Source of the DNA: Methanocaldococcus jannaschii DSM 2661
GTDB taxonomy: Archaea; AGJL01; Methanococci; Methanococcales; Methanocaldococcaceae
Direction: 5' to 3'
Length of the DNA stretch: 32,000 nucleotides
NCBI RefSeq assembly: GCF_000091665.1
Contig: NC_000909.1
Location: 1,576,838 to 1,608,837, forward strand
Shown piece by piece: positions 21,096 through 29,453 of this stretch (the first letter of the stretch is position 1; each line of letters opens with the position of its first letter). The position numbers were made by a program, and so were the translations under genes. The notes below the pieces were generated by a model. It was given only the letters and a program-made list of their open reading frames with translations, did no database searches and had not been told where the DNA came from.

Positions 21096-22634
21096 ATGAT
21101 ATACATTCACAAAAAAATAAAAAATCCTATAAAAGATGGAATTGAAATTGGAGAAGAAATAAAAAGAAATGTGGGAAGAGCATCTTTAATAATATTTATA
21201 ACGTCAATATTAGAGAGAGATAAACTAAAACAGGTATTTGATGGAATGAAACAACATATTCCATTGGATAATCTCATTGGATGTTCTACAGGAGGAACAT
21301 TTAGCGGAAAAGATTACATAAAAGAAGATGGGGTTTTAATATTAGCTTTTGATGAGTATTACAAAAGTGCAATATCTTGTGAAAAAGTAGATAGGGAGGC
21401 TGAATATGTAGGTAAGAAGATAGCCGATAAAATAAAAACCTGTATCAGAGATAAATATCCAAAATTGGATATAGATGATAATTTTTTAGGATTCGTGTTT
21501 TTTGATTGGAATGTAGATAGTGAGCAGGAGATATTAGATGTTTTAGGGAGAGAACTTACAATCCCAATTATCGGAGGGACTGCTGCAGATGATGGTTCAT
21601 TTGATAAGTTTTTCCAAATTTACAAAGGGGAGGTTGTTAAAGATTGCTGTGTATTTGGAGTTGTTGGAGGAAAATTAAAGTTCGATTTAATTTATGGACA
21701 TGGATATGAGCCAACAGATATATATGCAAGGGTTACTAAAGCTGAGGGGAAAGTAGTTTATGAATTAGATGGAAAGCCAGCTTATCAAAGATATTTAGAG
21801 ATGCTCTCAGAATATACAAAACTACCAATGGATATTATTAAAAAATATTTCTACAGAGATTTAAGGCGTTTAGATTTTTACTTAGTGCATCCTCTTGGAT
21901 TTATGGACATTAATGGGAATTATATCACTGCTTTCTTGGAAAGAGTTGAAGAAAATACTTTAGTATTTAGGAGGGATATATTAGAAGGAAGTTTCCTTGT
22001 ATTAATGAAAACGGATATTGAAAAGCAGGTAAAATCAATTGTTGATGAACTAAAAAAGGCTGAAGATTTTGAAAATCCACTAATATTTATAAATGAATGT
22101 TATGGAAGAGAAGTGCTAAAAAACTCAATGTTTAGGGAGTTTGAAGAAGATATTCTTAAATATTTCCTAAATTTCTATAAAGCAGGTAAAAAAGTTGAAG
22201 AGTATGTTATAGAGGACAATTGCATTGGCTGGCTAAGTTATGGCGAAACCATAGCAAAGGACTTAATAAGATTCCACAATAATTTATCATTTACTGGAGT
22301 TATATTTGAATTATCGCAAAGTAGTAATATAAACTGGAGAGAAGAGTTAAAAAATTTCAATTTTGAAGATGATGAGATAGAAGTAATTGTTAATCTAATT
22401 AATAAACAGCTAACAGCTAAAGAGTTATTGCAATTAACGAACTTGTCTCAAACTAAGCTTTACCACATACTAAACAAATTAGAGAAAGAGGGGATTATAA
22501 AGTCTGTAAGTGGGAAACCAAAGTTATATTATATTGATAACATAAAGGAGATTTTACAAAAAACTCATGAAAAAATAGAGCATGAAAACATGGTTAAGAA
22601 AATTAAAAGGAAAAAGTTATTAAGATTACTTTAA
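21096..22634 (+). CDS. FIST-domain sensor fused to a C-terminal TrmB/MarR-like winged-helix DNA-binding domain
   Basis: N-terminal FIST_N/FIST_C-like architecture (LIGCSTGGTFSG, IIGGTAADDG, GWLSYGE). C-terminal LTAKELLQLTNLSQTKLYHILNKLEKEGIIKSVSGKPKLYYI. Confidence 0.7.
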   Translation: MIYIHKKIKNPIKDGIEIGEEIKRNVGRASLIIFITSILERDKLKQVFDGMKQHIPLDNLIGCSTGGTFSGKDYIKEDGVLILAFDEYYKSAISCEKVDREAEYVGKKIADKIKTCIRDKYPKLDIDDNFLGFVFFDWNVDSEQEILDVLGRELTIPIIGGTAADDGSFDKFFQIYKGEVVKDCCVFGVVGGKLKFDLIYGHGYEPTDIYARVTKAEGKVVYELDGKPAYQRYLEMLSEYTKLPMDIIKKYFYRDLRRLDFYLVHPLGFMDINGNYITAFLERVEENTLVFRRDILEGSFLVLMKTDIEKQVKSIVDELKKAEDFENPLIFINECYGREVLKNSMFREFEEDILKYFLNFYKAGKKVEEYVIEDNCIGWLSYGETIAKDLIRFHNNLSFTGVIFELSQSSNINWREELKNFNFEDDEIEVIVNLINKQLTAKELLQLTNLSQTKLYHILNKLEKEGIIKSVSGKPKLYYIDNIKEILQKTHEKIEHENMVKKIKRKKLLRLL

Positions 22635-22658
22635 ACTAATTAATCTATTTGCTCTTTA

Positions 22659-22700
22659 TTAAAATAACCTTTTATTTACATACGAAAATAAGCTTTCTAT
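22659..22700 (-). pseudogene. relic of a second Toprim-gene 3' end (13 codons plus stop)
   Basis: Minus strand reads ATA GAA AGC TTA TTT TCG TAT GTA AAT AAA AGG TTA TTT TAA = IESLFSYVNKRLF*. This is identical in amino acids to the end of the intact gene (22756-22797) but differs at 8 of 14 codons. Confidence 0.8.
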
Positions 22701-22725
22701 CAACCTTTTTAGAAAAAAGGTTGAT
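22699..22725. repeat. hairpin repeat copy B (ATCAACCTTTTT-AGA-AAAAAGGTTGAT)
   Basis: 12-bp perfect stem with a 3-nt loop. Shares CAACCTTTT / AAAAGGTTGATCAAAA with copy A at 23150-23177. Confidence 0.75.
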
Positions 22726-22755
22726 CAAAAACTAATTTAGCGGTTTCCTTATTTA

Positions 22756-23148
22756 TCAGAATAATCGTTTATTCACATATGAGAATAGGCTTTCAATATC
22801 TCTAATACCACTATTTGTATAGATAAATATCTCATGCCTAATTTTTGTATTTACTTTAATTCCTCTATGTCTAAACTCCTCTATTATGGCTTTAGCCAAC
22901 ATTCTGCCTCTTCTATCAAAGTCAGTTAATAGAATAACTTCTTTAACTCTTTTCCTTACAAGTTCATCAGCTATTAAATAAATAGGAGTTTTAGCTATTA
23001 TAATAAAAGTTCCTTCAACTCCTAACTTCTCTAAGCTTTCAACATCTCTCTTTCCTTCAACAATAATTGGTTTTTCCTCTGCTTCAATCTTTAACTCCTC
23101 AATAACTTCTAATAATTTTTCAAAGTATTCATCCCTTCTCATAGCCAT
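22756..23148 (-). CDS. small Toprim-domain protein (UPF0292-like, RNase M5/primase-type Toprim)
   Basis: Toprim signature: IIVEGKRDVESL (catalytic Glu) and VILLTDFDRRGRMLA (DxD). Start set at ATG 23146-23148, because the upstream 9 codons of the ORF are just the hairpin repeat. Confidence 0.8.
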   Translation of the reverse strand: MAMRRDEYFEKLLEVIEELKIEAEEKPIIVEGKRDVESLEKLGVEGTFIIIAKTPIYLIADELVRKRVKEVILLTDFDRRGRMLAKAIIEEFRHRGIKVNTKIRHEIFIYTNSGIRDIESLFSYVNKRLF

Positions 23149-23149
23149 C

Positions 23150-23170
23150 CAACCTTTTACTAAAAGGTTG
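23150..23170. repeat. hairpin repeat copy A (CAACCTTTT-ACT-AAAAGGTTG), abutting the Toprim start codon
   Basis: 9-bp perfect stem with a 3-nt loop. On the mRNA (minus) strand the 3' arm AAAAGGUUG is followed by G-AUG. Confidence 0.75.
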
Positions 23171-23177
23171 ATCAAAA

Positions 23178-23217
23178 CGGATGCACTACCTCGCTACGCT
23201 CGGCAGTGCCTCTTAAT
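23178..23217 (-). repeat. truncated copy (T) of the two-hairpin element: hairpin-1 module only
   Basis: GGATGCA-CTACC-TCGCTACGCTC-GGCAG-TGCCTCTTAA aligns with 29398-29435 (GGATGCA-TCATC-TCGCTACGCTC-GATGA-TGCCTCTTAA). Flanks and loop are identical and the stem differs by paired substitutions. Confidence 0.6.
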
Positions 23218-23240
23218 TATGCCTATGAAGGTAACGGAAG

Positions 23241-25313
23241 TTATAAATCCCCAATTATCGGTTTTAAGATTAATTTTTGTTCTTCAGTAGTAATATTTTT
23301 CAAAATCTTCTTTATTAGCTTTTTATCCTCTTCATTTGCAGAACTATACATTCCAGCAAGCAAATATATAAAATCTTCTAAAAGCTCTGGTCTTTTCTCA
23401 CTAACTTTAAGCAGTATTTTTAAAGCAGAGTTTCTCTTATCTGTATTCAACAACTCCCTAATACTATGTATGTTATTCGGATATTTAAATATAACGTTTG
23501 ATATAACATCTATCATTAATTTATCCTCTCCCCTATAATTACCAATTTCATTAATCAATATTGGAAGAACAAGCTCATTTGGGTAGTTTTTAAAAAATTC
23601 CAAAGCCATTAGTCTTAATTTCTTTGTTGAGTATATCATTTCAGCAATCTTTGGAATTAATAAATTTATTTTTTCTTCATCTAACAATTTCTCATCAATA
23701 AACTTTTTAACCCCATTGATAAAAGCTAATTTTGAATAATAACCTTCCGCCATATTTATAATCTCTCCAATCTTATCAACTCTATTTAAAGATGCATAAA
23801 TCATAATTTTGTTTGCATTTAATACATCTTTATCTTCCATCTCTGCCTTTTCAGTTACCTCCAAAATTTTCTTAGCTAAATTATCATCTATTTTATTGTT
23901 GTTAATCACAATCCCAGACAAATAAGTTATAAGTTCTCCATCTCTTTTAACATCTTCTAAAAACTCATGAATATCTATTAGGTTTAGATTTTTAACCCCT
24001 ATTAATTCCATTGTTCTATAAAATTCATAACCAAGTTTTTCAGATATCTTTAAATCATTATAATGGATATCATTTTTTAAACAAATCTCTGCTACAATCT
24101 CCTCTATCAATCTCATGGCAACATTGCATTTCCTTATTTCCTCTTCCATCATTAACAAATGTCTAAATCCTCCCATAAATTTCTCTTCTTCTAATTTATA
24201 AACTAACTCTTTCAATCGCTTATGTTCATTAATTAAAAATTCTAAATGCTCTTTTTTTGCAAATTCTTTTAATATTCTTAGAGATGATATTTTTAATCCT
24301 AAATTCATCTTTTTTGCATACATCAATGTTTTATTTTCTATATATTTTTTTAACTCATTATTATTTTGAGCTATCTTCTTAAGTTCTCTTATGGCAGCGG
24401 TTTTTGCTTTCCCATATCCATAATTTAAAAATCTAAATAATAAATCAACCTTCTTTTTTGAATCTTTTTTTAATGATATTAATTTAACTCCAACAAACTG
24501 CTTCTCTTCATCCCCAGTATATAAAAAGTCTTTTAAAAACTCTCTATTGTAAAAGTTAGCAGGAAGTTTGATATTTTCTCTTAAAATTATATTTAGGGTA
24601 GTTTTTCCATGAGATTTTAGTAGTGATTTTATTTGCTCATCTGATAACTCAGCTGGAATATCCAATTTTTCAAATAGCTGTTTAAATTTTCTATATAGCT
24701 TCTTATCTTCATCCCCCAATAAGGAGACACTTAAATGACCCCTTAGGATATTTTTTTGTTCGTCAGTTAAAGAATCAACTATATTCAACAATATATTTAT
24801 TGTAAGTTCCCTCTCATCTTTTTCTGAGGAATATAACTTATTAGCTAAGATTTTTAATATCATCTCTGAATTATAATTTTTTAATAAGATTTTTATACTT
24901 TCTTCCATGTTTTTACTTTTTGTATGTTCAAGGATGGCTCTAAAGAAAATATTTCCTTCTTTCATATTTTGTAGGAATAAATAAACTATTTTTTCATCCA
25001 AAGGTTTTTTTGCAATTTCAAGTATTGCCTCTTCAACACTCTCTTTGTTGGTTATTTTCTTTAATATTTCTTCCGCCTCTTTGGCTATAATTCTTTTTTC
25101 ATTTAAATTTAAGAGGATATAATATAGATATCTCTCAATTACCTCGTTATCTAACCTTTTTAAAACCAACAATGCTCTTCTTACATCATCTTTTTTGTTA
25201 GATGTAAATAACTCATCTAAAAAACTTAAAATATCTGAATAACTATTAATTAACTTAGCTAATTTATCATATTTCCCCTGTCTTAAATACTTTAAAAACT
25301 CTTCCCTCTCCAT
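23241..25313 (-). CDS. 690-aa all-helical repeat protein (HEAT/ARM-like), function unknown
   Basis: Start set at ATG 25311-25313 (MEREEFLKYL) with a GTGATAAT SD. Sequence is K/E/L/I-rich repeated amphipathic helices with no catalytic motif recognised. The longer ORF to 25538 overlaps the divergent NFACT gene. Confidence 0.75.
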   Translation of the reverse strand: MEREEFLKYLRQGKYDKLAKLINSYSDILSFLDELFTSNKKDDVRRALLVLKRLDNEVIERYLYYILLNLNEKRIIAKEAEEILKKITNKESVEEAILEIAKKPLDEKIVYLFLQNMKEGNIFFRAILEHTKSKNMEESIKILLKNYNSEMILKILANKLYSSEKDERELTINILLNIVDSLTDEQKNILRGHLSVSLLGDEDKKLYRKFKQLFEKLDIPAELSDEQIKSLLKSHGKTTLNIILRENIKLPANFYNREFLKDFLYTGDEEKQFVGVKLISLKKDSKKKVDLLFRFLNYGYGKAKTAAIRELKKIAQNNNELKKYIENKTLMYAKKMNLGLKISSLRILKEFAKKEHLEFLINEHKRLKELVYKLEEEKFMGGFRHLLMMEEEIRKCNVAMRLIEEIVAEICLKNDIHYNDLKISEKLGYEFYRTMELIGVKNLNLIDIHEFLEDVKRDGELITYLSGIVINNNKIDDNLAKKILEVTEKAEMEDKDVLNANKIMIYASLNRVDKIGEIINMAEGYYSKLAFINGVKKFIDEKLLDEEKINLLIPKIAEMIYSTKKLRLMALEFFKNYPNELVLPILINEIGNYRGEDKLMIDVISNVIFKYPNNIHSIRELLNTDKRNSALKILLKVSEKRPELLEDFIYLLAGMYSSANEEDKKLIKKILKNITTEEQKLILKPIIGDL

Positions 25314-25368
25314 ATTATCACAATAATAAAATATCCTAAAGAAAAATATAATATTTTCTGGTGAGATT

Positions 25369-27384
25369 ATGAAGAGTGAGATAACTAATGTTGATGTGTG
25401 CTGTGTTGTGGATGAATTACAAAACCTCATTAACGGTAGATTAGATAAAGCGTTTTTGATTGATAATGAGCAAAACAGAGAGTTGATATTAAAAATCCAT
25501 GTTCCTGAGGGCGGGAGTAGAGAGCTTGTTATAAGCATTGGTAAATATAAGTATATAACTTTAACAAATTATGAGAGGGAAAAACCAAAACTTCCACCCT
25601 CTTTTGCCATGTTATTAAGAAAATATTTAAAAAATGCCAAATTAATAAAAATTGAGCAGGTAAATTTTGATAGAGTAGTTATTTTCCACTTTGAAACAAG
25701 AGATGGGATTTATAAATTGGTTGCTGAGCTGTTTGGGGATGGAAATATCATATTTTTAAATAATGAGGATACAATTATAGCTCCGCTTAGGGTTGAGAGA
25801 TGGAGTACGAGAAATATAGTCCCTAAGGAAAAATACAAATTCCCTCCACAAAAGCCACTAAATCCATATAATTTAGAGTTTTCTATCGCCTATGAGGTTT
25901 TTAAAGATTATTTCTTGAATAATAAAGGGGTTGAATGCGTTAGATTAATATCAAGAGTCTTTGGTATTGGAGGACTTTACGCTGAAGAGATTTGTGAAAG
26001 AGCTGAAATAGACAAGAAAAAGAGAGATTTAAGTGAAGAAGAAATTAAAAAGCTCTTTGAAGCTTCTAAAAATCTATTTGATGAAATTTTTAACAATAGA
26101 AAGCCACAGATTGTTTTAAAGGATAATGAATACTTTGACGTTGTGCCTATTGATTTAAAAAAATACAAAGGTTTAGAGAAAAAGTACTATAACAGCTTTT
26201 TAGAGGCTGTTGATGACTACTTTGCCAAATTTTTAACAAAAGTTGTAGTTAAAAAAGAAAAATCAAAAATTGAGAAAGAAATTGAGAGACAAGAAAATAT
26301 ATTGAGAAGGCAGTTAGAGACATTGAAGAAGTATAAAGAAGATGCAGAGAAAAACCAAATTAAAGGGGATTTAATTTATGCAAACTATCAAATTGTTGAA
26401 GAATTGCTGAATGCTATAAGGCAGGCAAGAGAAAAAATGGATTGGGCAAGAATAAAAAAGATAATTAGAGAAAATAAAGAGCATCCAATTTTAGGATTGA
26501 TTGAAAATATAAATGAAAATATTGGAGAGATAATTATTAGATTAAAATCTGAGGTTGATGATAAAGTTATAGAAGAAAGAGTTTCTTTAGATATAAGAAA
26601 AAATGCATTTGAAAATGCTGAAAGCTACTATGAAAAGGCTAAAAAGTTGAGAAATAAAATTGAAGGAATAGAAAATGCTATTGAGCTAACTAAAAAGAAG
26701 ATAGAAGAGCTTAAAAAGAAAGGAGAGGAAGAGTTGAAAGAAAAAGAATCCATGCAGATGAAGAAAAAAATTAGGAAGGAAAGAAAGTGGTATGAGAAAT
26801 TTAAATGGACTGTTATTAATGGATTCTTAGTTATTGCTGGAAAAGATGCAATAACAAACGAGATTATTATCAAAAAATATACTGATAAAGATGATATTGT
26901 ATTCCACGCAGATATCCAAGGGGCTCCATTCACAGTTATAAAAACTCAAGGTAAAGAGGTTGATGAAGAGACATTGGAAGAGGTTGCTAAATTCTCCGTC
27001 TCTCATTCAAGGGCTTGGAAGCTTGGATATGGGGCTATAGATACCTACTGGGTTAAGCCAGAGCAGATATCAAAAACAGCTGAGAGTGGGGAATATTTAA
27101 AAAGAGGGGCATTTGTAATTAGAGGAGAGAGGCATTATTATAGAAATACACCTTTAGAATTAGGTGTTGGAGTTATTGAATACGATGGAGATGTAAAAAT
27201 AACAACAGCACCTCCAAAAACTTTACAAAAGAGTTTTATTAAGTGGGTTTTATTAAAACCTTCAAATAAGGAGAAGGGAAAGGTTGTTAAAGAGTTAAAA
27301 GAGATATTTAAAGATTACGGAATTGATGATGAAGATATTTTGAGAGTTCTTCCTCCCGGGGGATGCGAAATAGTTAAAAAATAA
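25369..27384 (+). CDS. NFACT-family protein (archaeal Rqc2/NEMF/RqcH/FbpA homologue)
   Basis: N-terminal NFACT-N (VVDELQNLINGRLDKAF..., FGDGNIIF), long central coiled coil (KKEKSKIEKEIERQENILRRQLETLKKYKEDAEKN...), NFACT-R/DUF814 core (GFLVIAGKDAITNEIII..DIVFHADIQGAPFTVIK) and a C-terminal domain. GGTGA SD. Confidence 0.85.
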   Translation: MKSEITNVDVCCVVDELQNLINGRLDKAFLIDNEQNRELILKIHVPEGGSRELVISIGKYKYITLTNYEREKPKLPPSFAMLLRKYLKNAKLIKIEQVNFDRVVIFHFETRDGIYKLVAELFGDGNIIFLNNEDTIIAPLRVERWSTRNIVPKEKYKFPPQKPLNPYNLEFSIAYEVFKDYFLNNKGVECVRLISRVFGIGGLYAEEICERAEIDKKKRDLSEEEIKKLFEASKNLFDEIFNNRKPQIVLKDNEYFDVVPIDLKKYKGLEKKYYNSFLEAVDDYFAKFLTKVVVKKEKSKIEKEIERQENILRRQLETLKKYKEDAEKNQIKGDLIYANYQIVEELLNAIRQAREKMDWARIKKIIRENKEHPILGLIENINENIGEIIIRLKSEVDDKVIEERVSLDIRKNAFENAESYYEKAKKLRNKIEGIENAIELTKKKIEELKKKGEEELKEKESMQMKKKIRKERKWYEKFKWTVINGFLVIAGKDAITNEIIIKKYTDKDDIVFHADIQGAPFTVIKTQGKEVDEETLEEVAKFSVSHSRAWKLGYGAIDTYWVKPEQISKTAESGEYLKRGAFVIRGERHYYRNTPLELGVGVIEYDGDVKITTAPPKTLQKSFIKWVLLKPSNKEKGKVVKELKEIFKDYGIDDEDILRVLPPGGCEIVKK

Positions 27385-27840
27385 TTATTTATTTTCAACT
27401 AACTCAACTATAACTTTTTTTAATGAGTTTCCAAATGGACAGTTTATTTTCTCATTTAAAACCTGTTTTATTTTGTATTTTTCCCCTTCTTTTATTCCCT
27501 CGGAATTGCAAAAACTATAATACTCGCAATCAAAGTTATCACAAGTTATTGGTTCATGATTTAAAACAACTCCTTCAAGTGCCTTTTTTGACTCAATCAT
27601 AATTGTCAAATCAGCTAACACTACTTCAACAACCTTAACTCCTCCCTCATGAACTATACAAGGATGATTTGCTGACCTAACTGAGACTATCTTATATTTC
27701 CTTCCTACTTCCAAATTTCCATGGCATAGTCTTTTAAACTTGCAATTTTTACACTCTTCAATCTCGCCTAAGTATATAAACTCTCCTCCCGTCTTTGCTA
27801 ATTTACTACCAATTAGAGTTATTTTGCTCTCTTTGCTCAT
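27385..27840 (-). CDS. Cys-rich small protein (UPF0179-like)
   Basis: 151 aa with clustered Cys/His: [36 protein letters not shown]. Its stop codon directly abuts the NFACT stop codon on the other strand. Confidence 0.7.
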   Translation of the reverse strand: MSKESKITLIGSKLAKTGGEFIYLGEIEECKNCKFKRLCHGNLEVGRKYKIVSVRSANHPCIVHEGGVKVVEVVLADLTIMIESKKALEGVVLNHEPITCDNFDCEYYSFCNSEGIKEGEKYKIKQVLNEKINCPFGNSLKKVIVELVENK

Positions 27841-27937
27841 AATTATCCCAATCAGAATTAAATGTTAAATGTTGATAACGATACAAAATTAATATTTACT
27901 TCATTATTTAAAATAAATGTGTTTCTATGACAAAAAT

Positions 27938-29284
27938 TCATTCCCGTATTTTTACTCCAATAAACTTAGATGCCAACTCTAAATAATATCTCCCCAACTC
28001 CTCCCTAAAATAAGTTAAGTCAAGATATTTAGCTTTATGGTCTTCTAAGTAAATAGCCCTATCTCCCAAAGCAGTTAATAAATCCAACGAACTTGTAACT
28101 ATAATAAAAGAGCTATCTCCTAATTTTTCTCTATCTTCCATAATTATCTCAGCCAACGATTTAACTCCTTCAAACCACTTACTTAAGACACCACTAACTA
28201 ATAAATTAACCGCTGAATTATCCTCATCTATTAAAATAAGCTTAGTTTTATTTTTTATAGCTCTTTGTATCTGATAAGCCATATACATTGAGCCAGAGGC
28301 AGTTCCATAAACTGCTTTAGGGCTTCCTTTAATTCCTGGAGGGAGTTTTTGGAAAAATAGGCTTATATCCTGCCCACTCATTTCCATACTCCCAGTTGAT
28401 GCCTTAGATAAACTTTTAGTGGTTATTATAAATTCCCTCCCATCTCCAATTAAATGGTCGTCTCTCCCACTATCTATTGCCTGCAGAAGGGTTGTTTTTC
28501 CCTGAGCATTTCTTCCGGTTATTATAAATATCTCCTTCTTTTTTATCCCTAATCCTTTAACTTTTTTACCATATTTAAGCTCTATCTCTATAGGTTCAAG
28601 TTCTTCTGGACATTCAAAAGGAATATTTACATCTTTAGGCCCTGCTATCCTATAATGCCTTCTAACTTCAGTGTATTTCCTTGCCGGCTTTGAATTATTT
28701 GCTATAAAGCAAACTAAACCAAGCTCATCCAACTTGTCCCTAAGGTATTTTTGATTTATTATATTTTTAGCTTCATCAATTAATAAATCAATTGGAATTT
28801 TTTTAATGAACTTATCTAAGTCATTACAAAGTTCATTGATTTGTTTAACAATTTCTTTACTGTCTTTTTCTTTAAAAATCATTCTAAGCATTAAATAAAT
28901 TTTATCTCCTTCGATGTAGTTGTATTTATCAACTTTCCACAAGTCATAACCCAAATTTAAATTACAATTGACTACTGTTAAAGGTTCATAAAGAGCTTTA
29001 TATATTCTACCAAAATATCCAGCTAAAGGAAGAAATCTCTTTTTCTTAATTATTTCCTGCTTTATCTCTTCAATAACTCTTTGTGTAGCTCCTTCTATTC
29101 CATCCTTATATTCAGAAAGTTTTAAAAAATTTTTATTTTCAAAAACAAAGGGAAGAACTACTTTTATATTACCATCTGGCTGTTTTACTGCATAATATAG
29201 CTTATTTTTATTACTTTTAGTTAAAAGAGTGGTGTTTAGAAATTCATTTCCTTTTAAATTGTTTATAACCTCATCTACAAACAT
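27938..29284 (-). CDS. predicted ATPase of the ABC class (ABC_ATPase/COG3044-like)
   Basis: Walker A GRNAQGKTTLLQAI, Walker B KLILIDEDNSAVN, with a long non-ATPase N-terminal region. Confidence 0.75.
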   Translation of the reverse strand: MFVDEVINNLKGNEFLNTTLLTKSNKNKLYYAVKQPDGNIKVVLPFVFENKNFLKLSEYKDGIEGATQRVIEEIKQEIIKKKRFLPLAGYFGRIYKALYEPLTVVNCNLNLGYDLWKVDKYNYIEGDKIYLMLRMIFKEKDSKEIVKQINELCNDLDKFIKKIPIDLLIDEAKNIINQKYLRDKLDELGLVCFIANNSKPARKYTEVRRHYRIAGPKDVNIPFECPEELEPIEIELKYGKKVKGLGIKKKEIFIITGRNAQGKTTLLQAIDSGRDDHLIGDGREFIITTKSLSKASTGSMEMSGQDISLFFQKLPPGIKGSPKAVYGTASGSMYMAYQIQRAIKNKTKLILIDEDNSAVNLLVSGVLSKWFEGVKSLAEIIMEDREKLGDSSFIIVTSSLDLLTALGDRAIYLEDHKAKYLDLTYFREELGRYYLELASKFIGVKIRE

Positions 29285-29331
29285 AAAAATCCCTAATAAT
29301 TTTTAATTATAAAGATAATAAAATTTAAAGA

Positions 29332-29440
29332 TTTAATAAATAACGCCTCTCAGACAGTGCCGGAACCATAGGGCTACCGCCCTATTGGTATACCCAGGGA
29401 TGCATCATCTCGCTACGCTCGATGATGCCTCTTAAAATTT
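29332..29440 (-). repeat. two-hairpin GC-rich element (copy R), complete, immediately 3' of the C/D sRNA
   Basis: Minus-strand sense: TTAAGAG-[GCATCATC-GAGCGTAGCGA-GATGATGC]-ATCCCTGGGTAT-[ACCAATAGGGC-GGTA-GCCCTATGG]-TTCCGGCACTGTCTGAGAGGCGTTATTTATTAAA. The last 31 nt repeat the sRNA 3' end. Confidence 0.65.
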
Positions 29441-29453
29441 TTTAATAAATAAT

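Noticed and set aside
23149-23175. TTG-initiated extension of the Toprim ORF (MINLLVKGW).
   Set aside because: These codons are simply the hairpin repeat read through. ATG 23148 follows immediately.
25314-25538. 75-codon extension of the helical-repeat ORF.
   Set aside because: It has low-complexity S/L/F-rich sequence, runs antisense over the NFACT N-terminus and crosses the shared promoter. The internal ATG 25313 has a GTGAT SD.
27376-27393. Abutting convergent stop codons of NFACT and the UPF0179-like gene, with T-runs on both strands, considered as a bidirectional terminator.
   Set aside because: It is plausible, but oligo-T runs are everywhere in this AT-rich sequence. Nothing distinguishes this site without 3'-end mapping.
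27841-27937. C/D-like strings on the minus strand (AAUGAAG ... CUGA).
   Set aside because: The C box is poor, there are no D'/C' boxes, and the spacing is wrong. It is more likely just the promoter or 5' region of the UPF0179-like gene.
29332-29440. Considered copy R as a second C/D sRNA: AUGAUGC ... 12 nt ... / ... 12 nt CUGA GAGGC.
   Set aside because: The C-like box is just one arm of hairpin 1 (GAUGAUGC pairs with GCAUCAUC). It is not conserved in copy T or S, there is no D' box (ACCA), and there is no 5' partner for a terminal stem.
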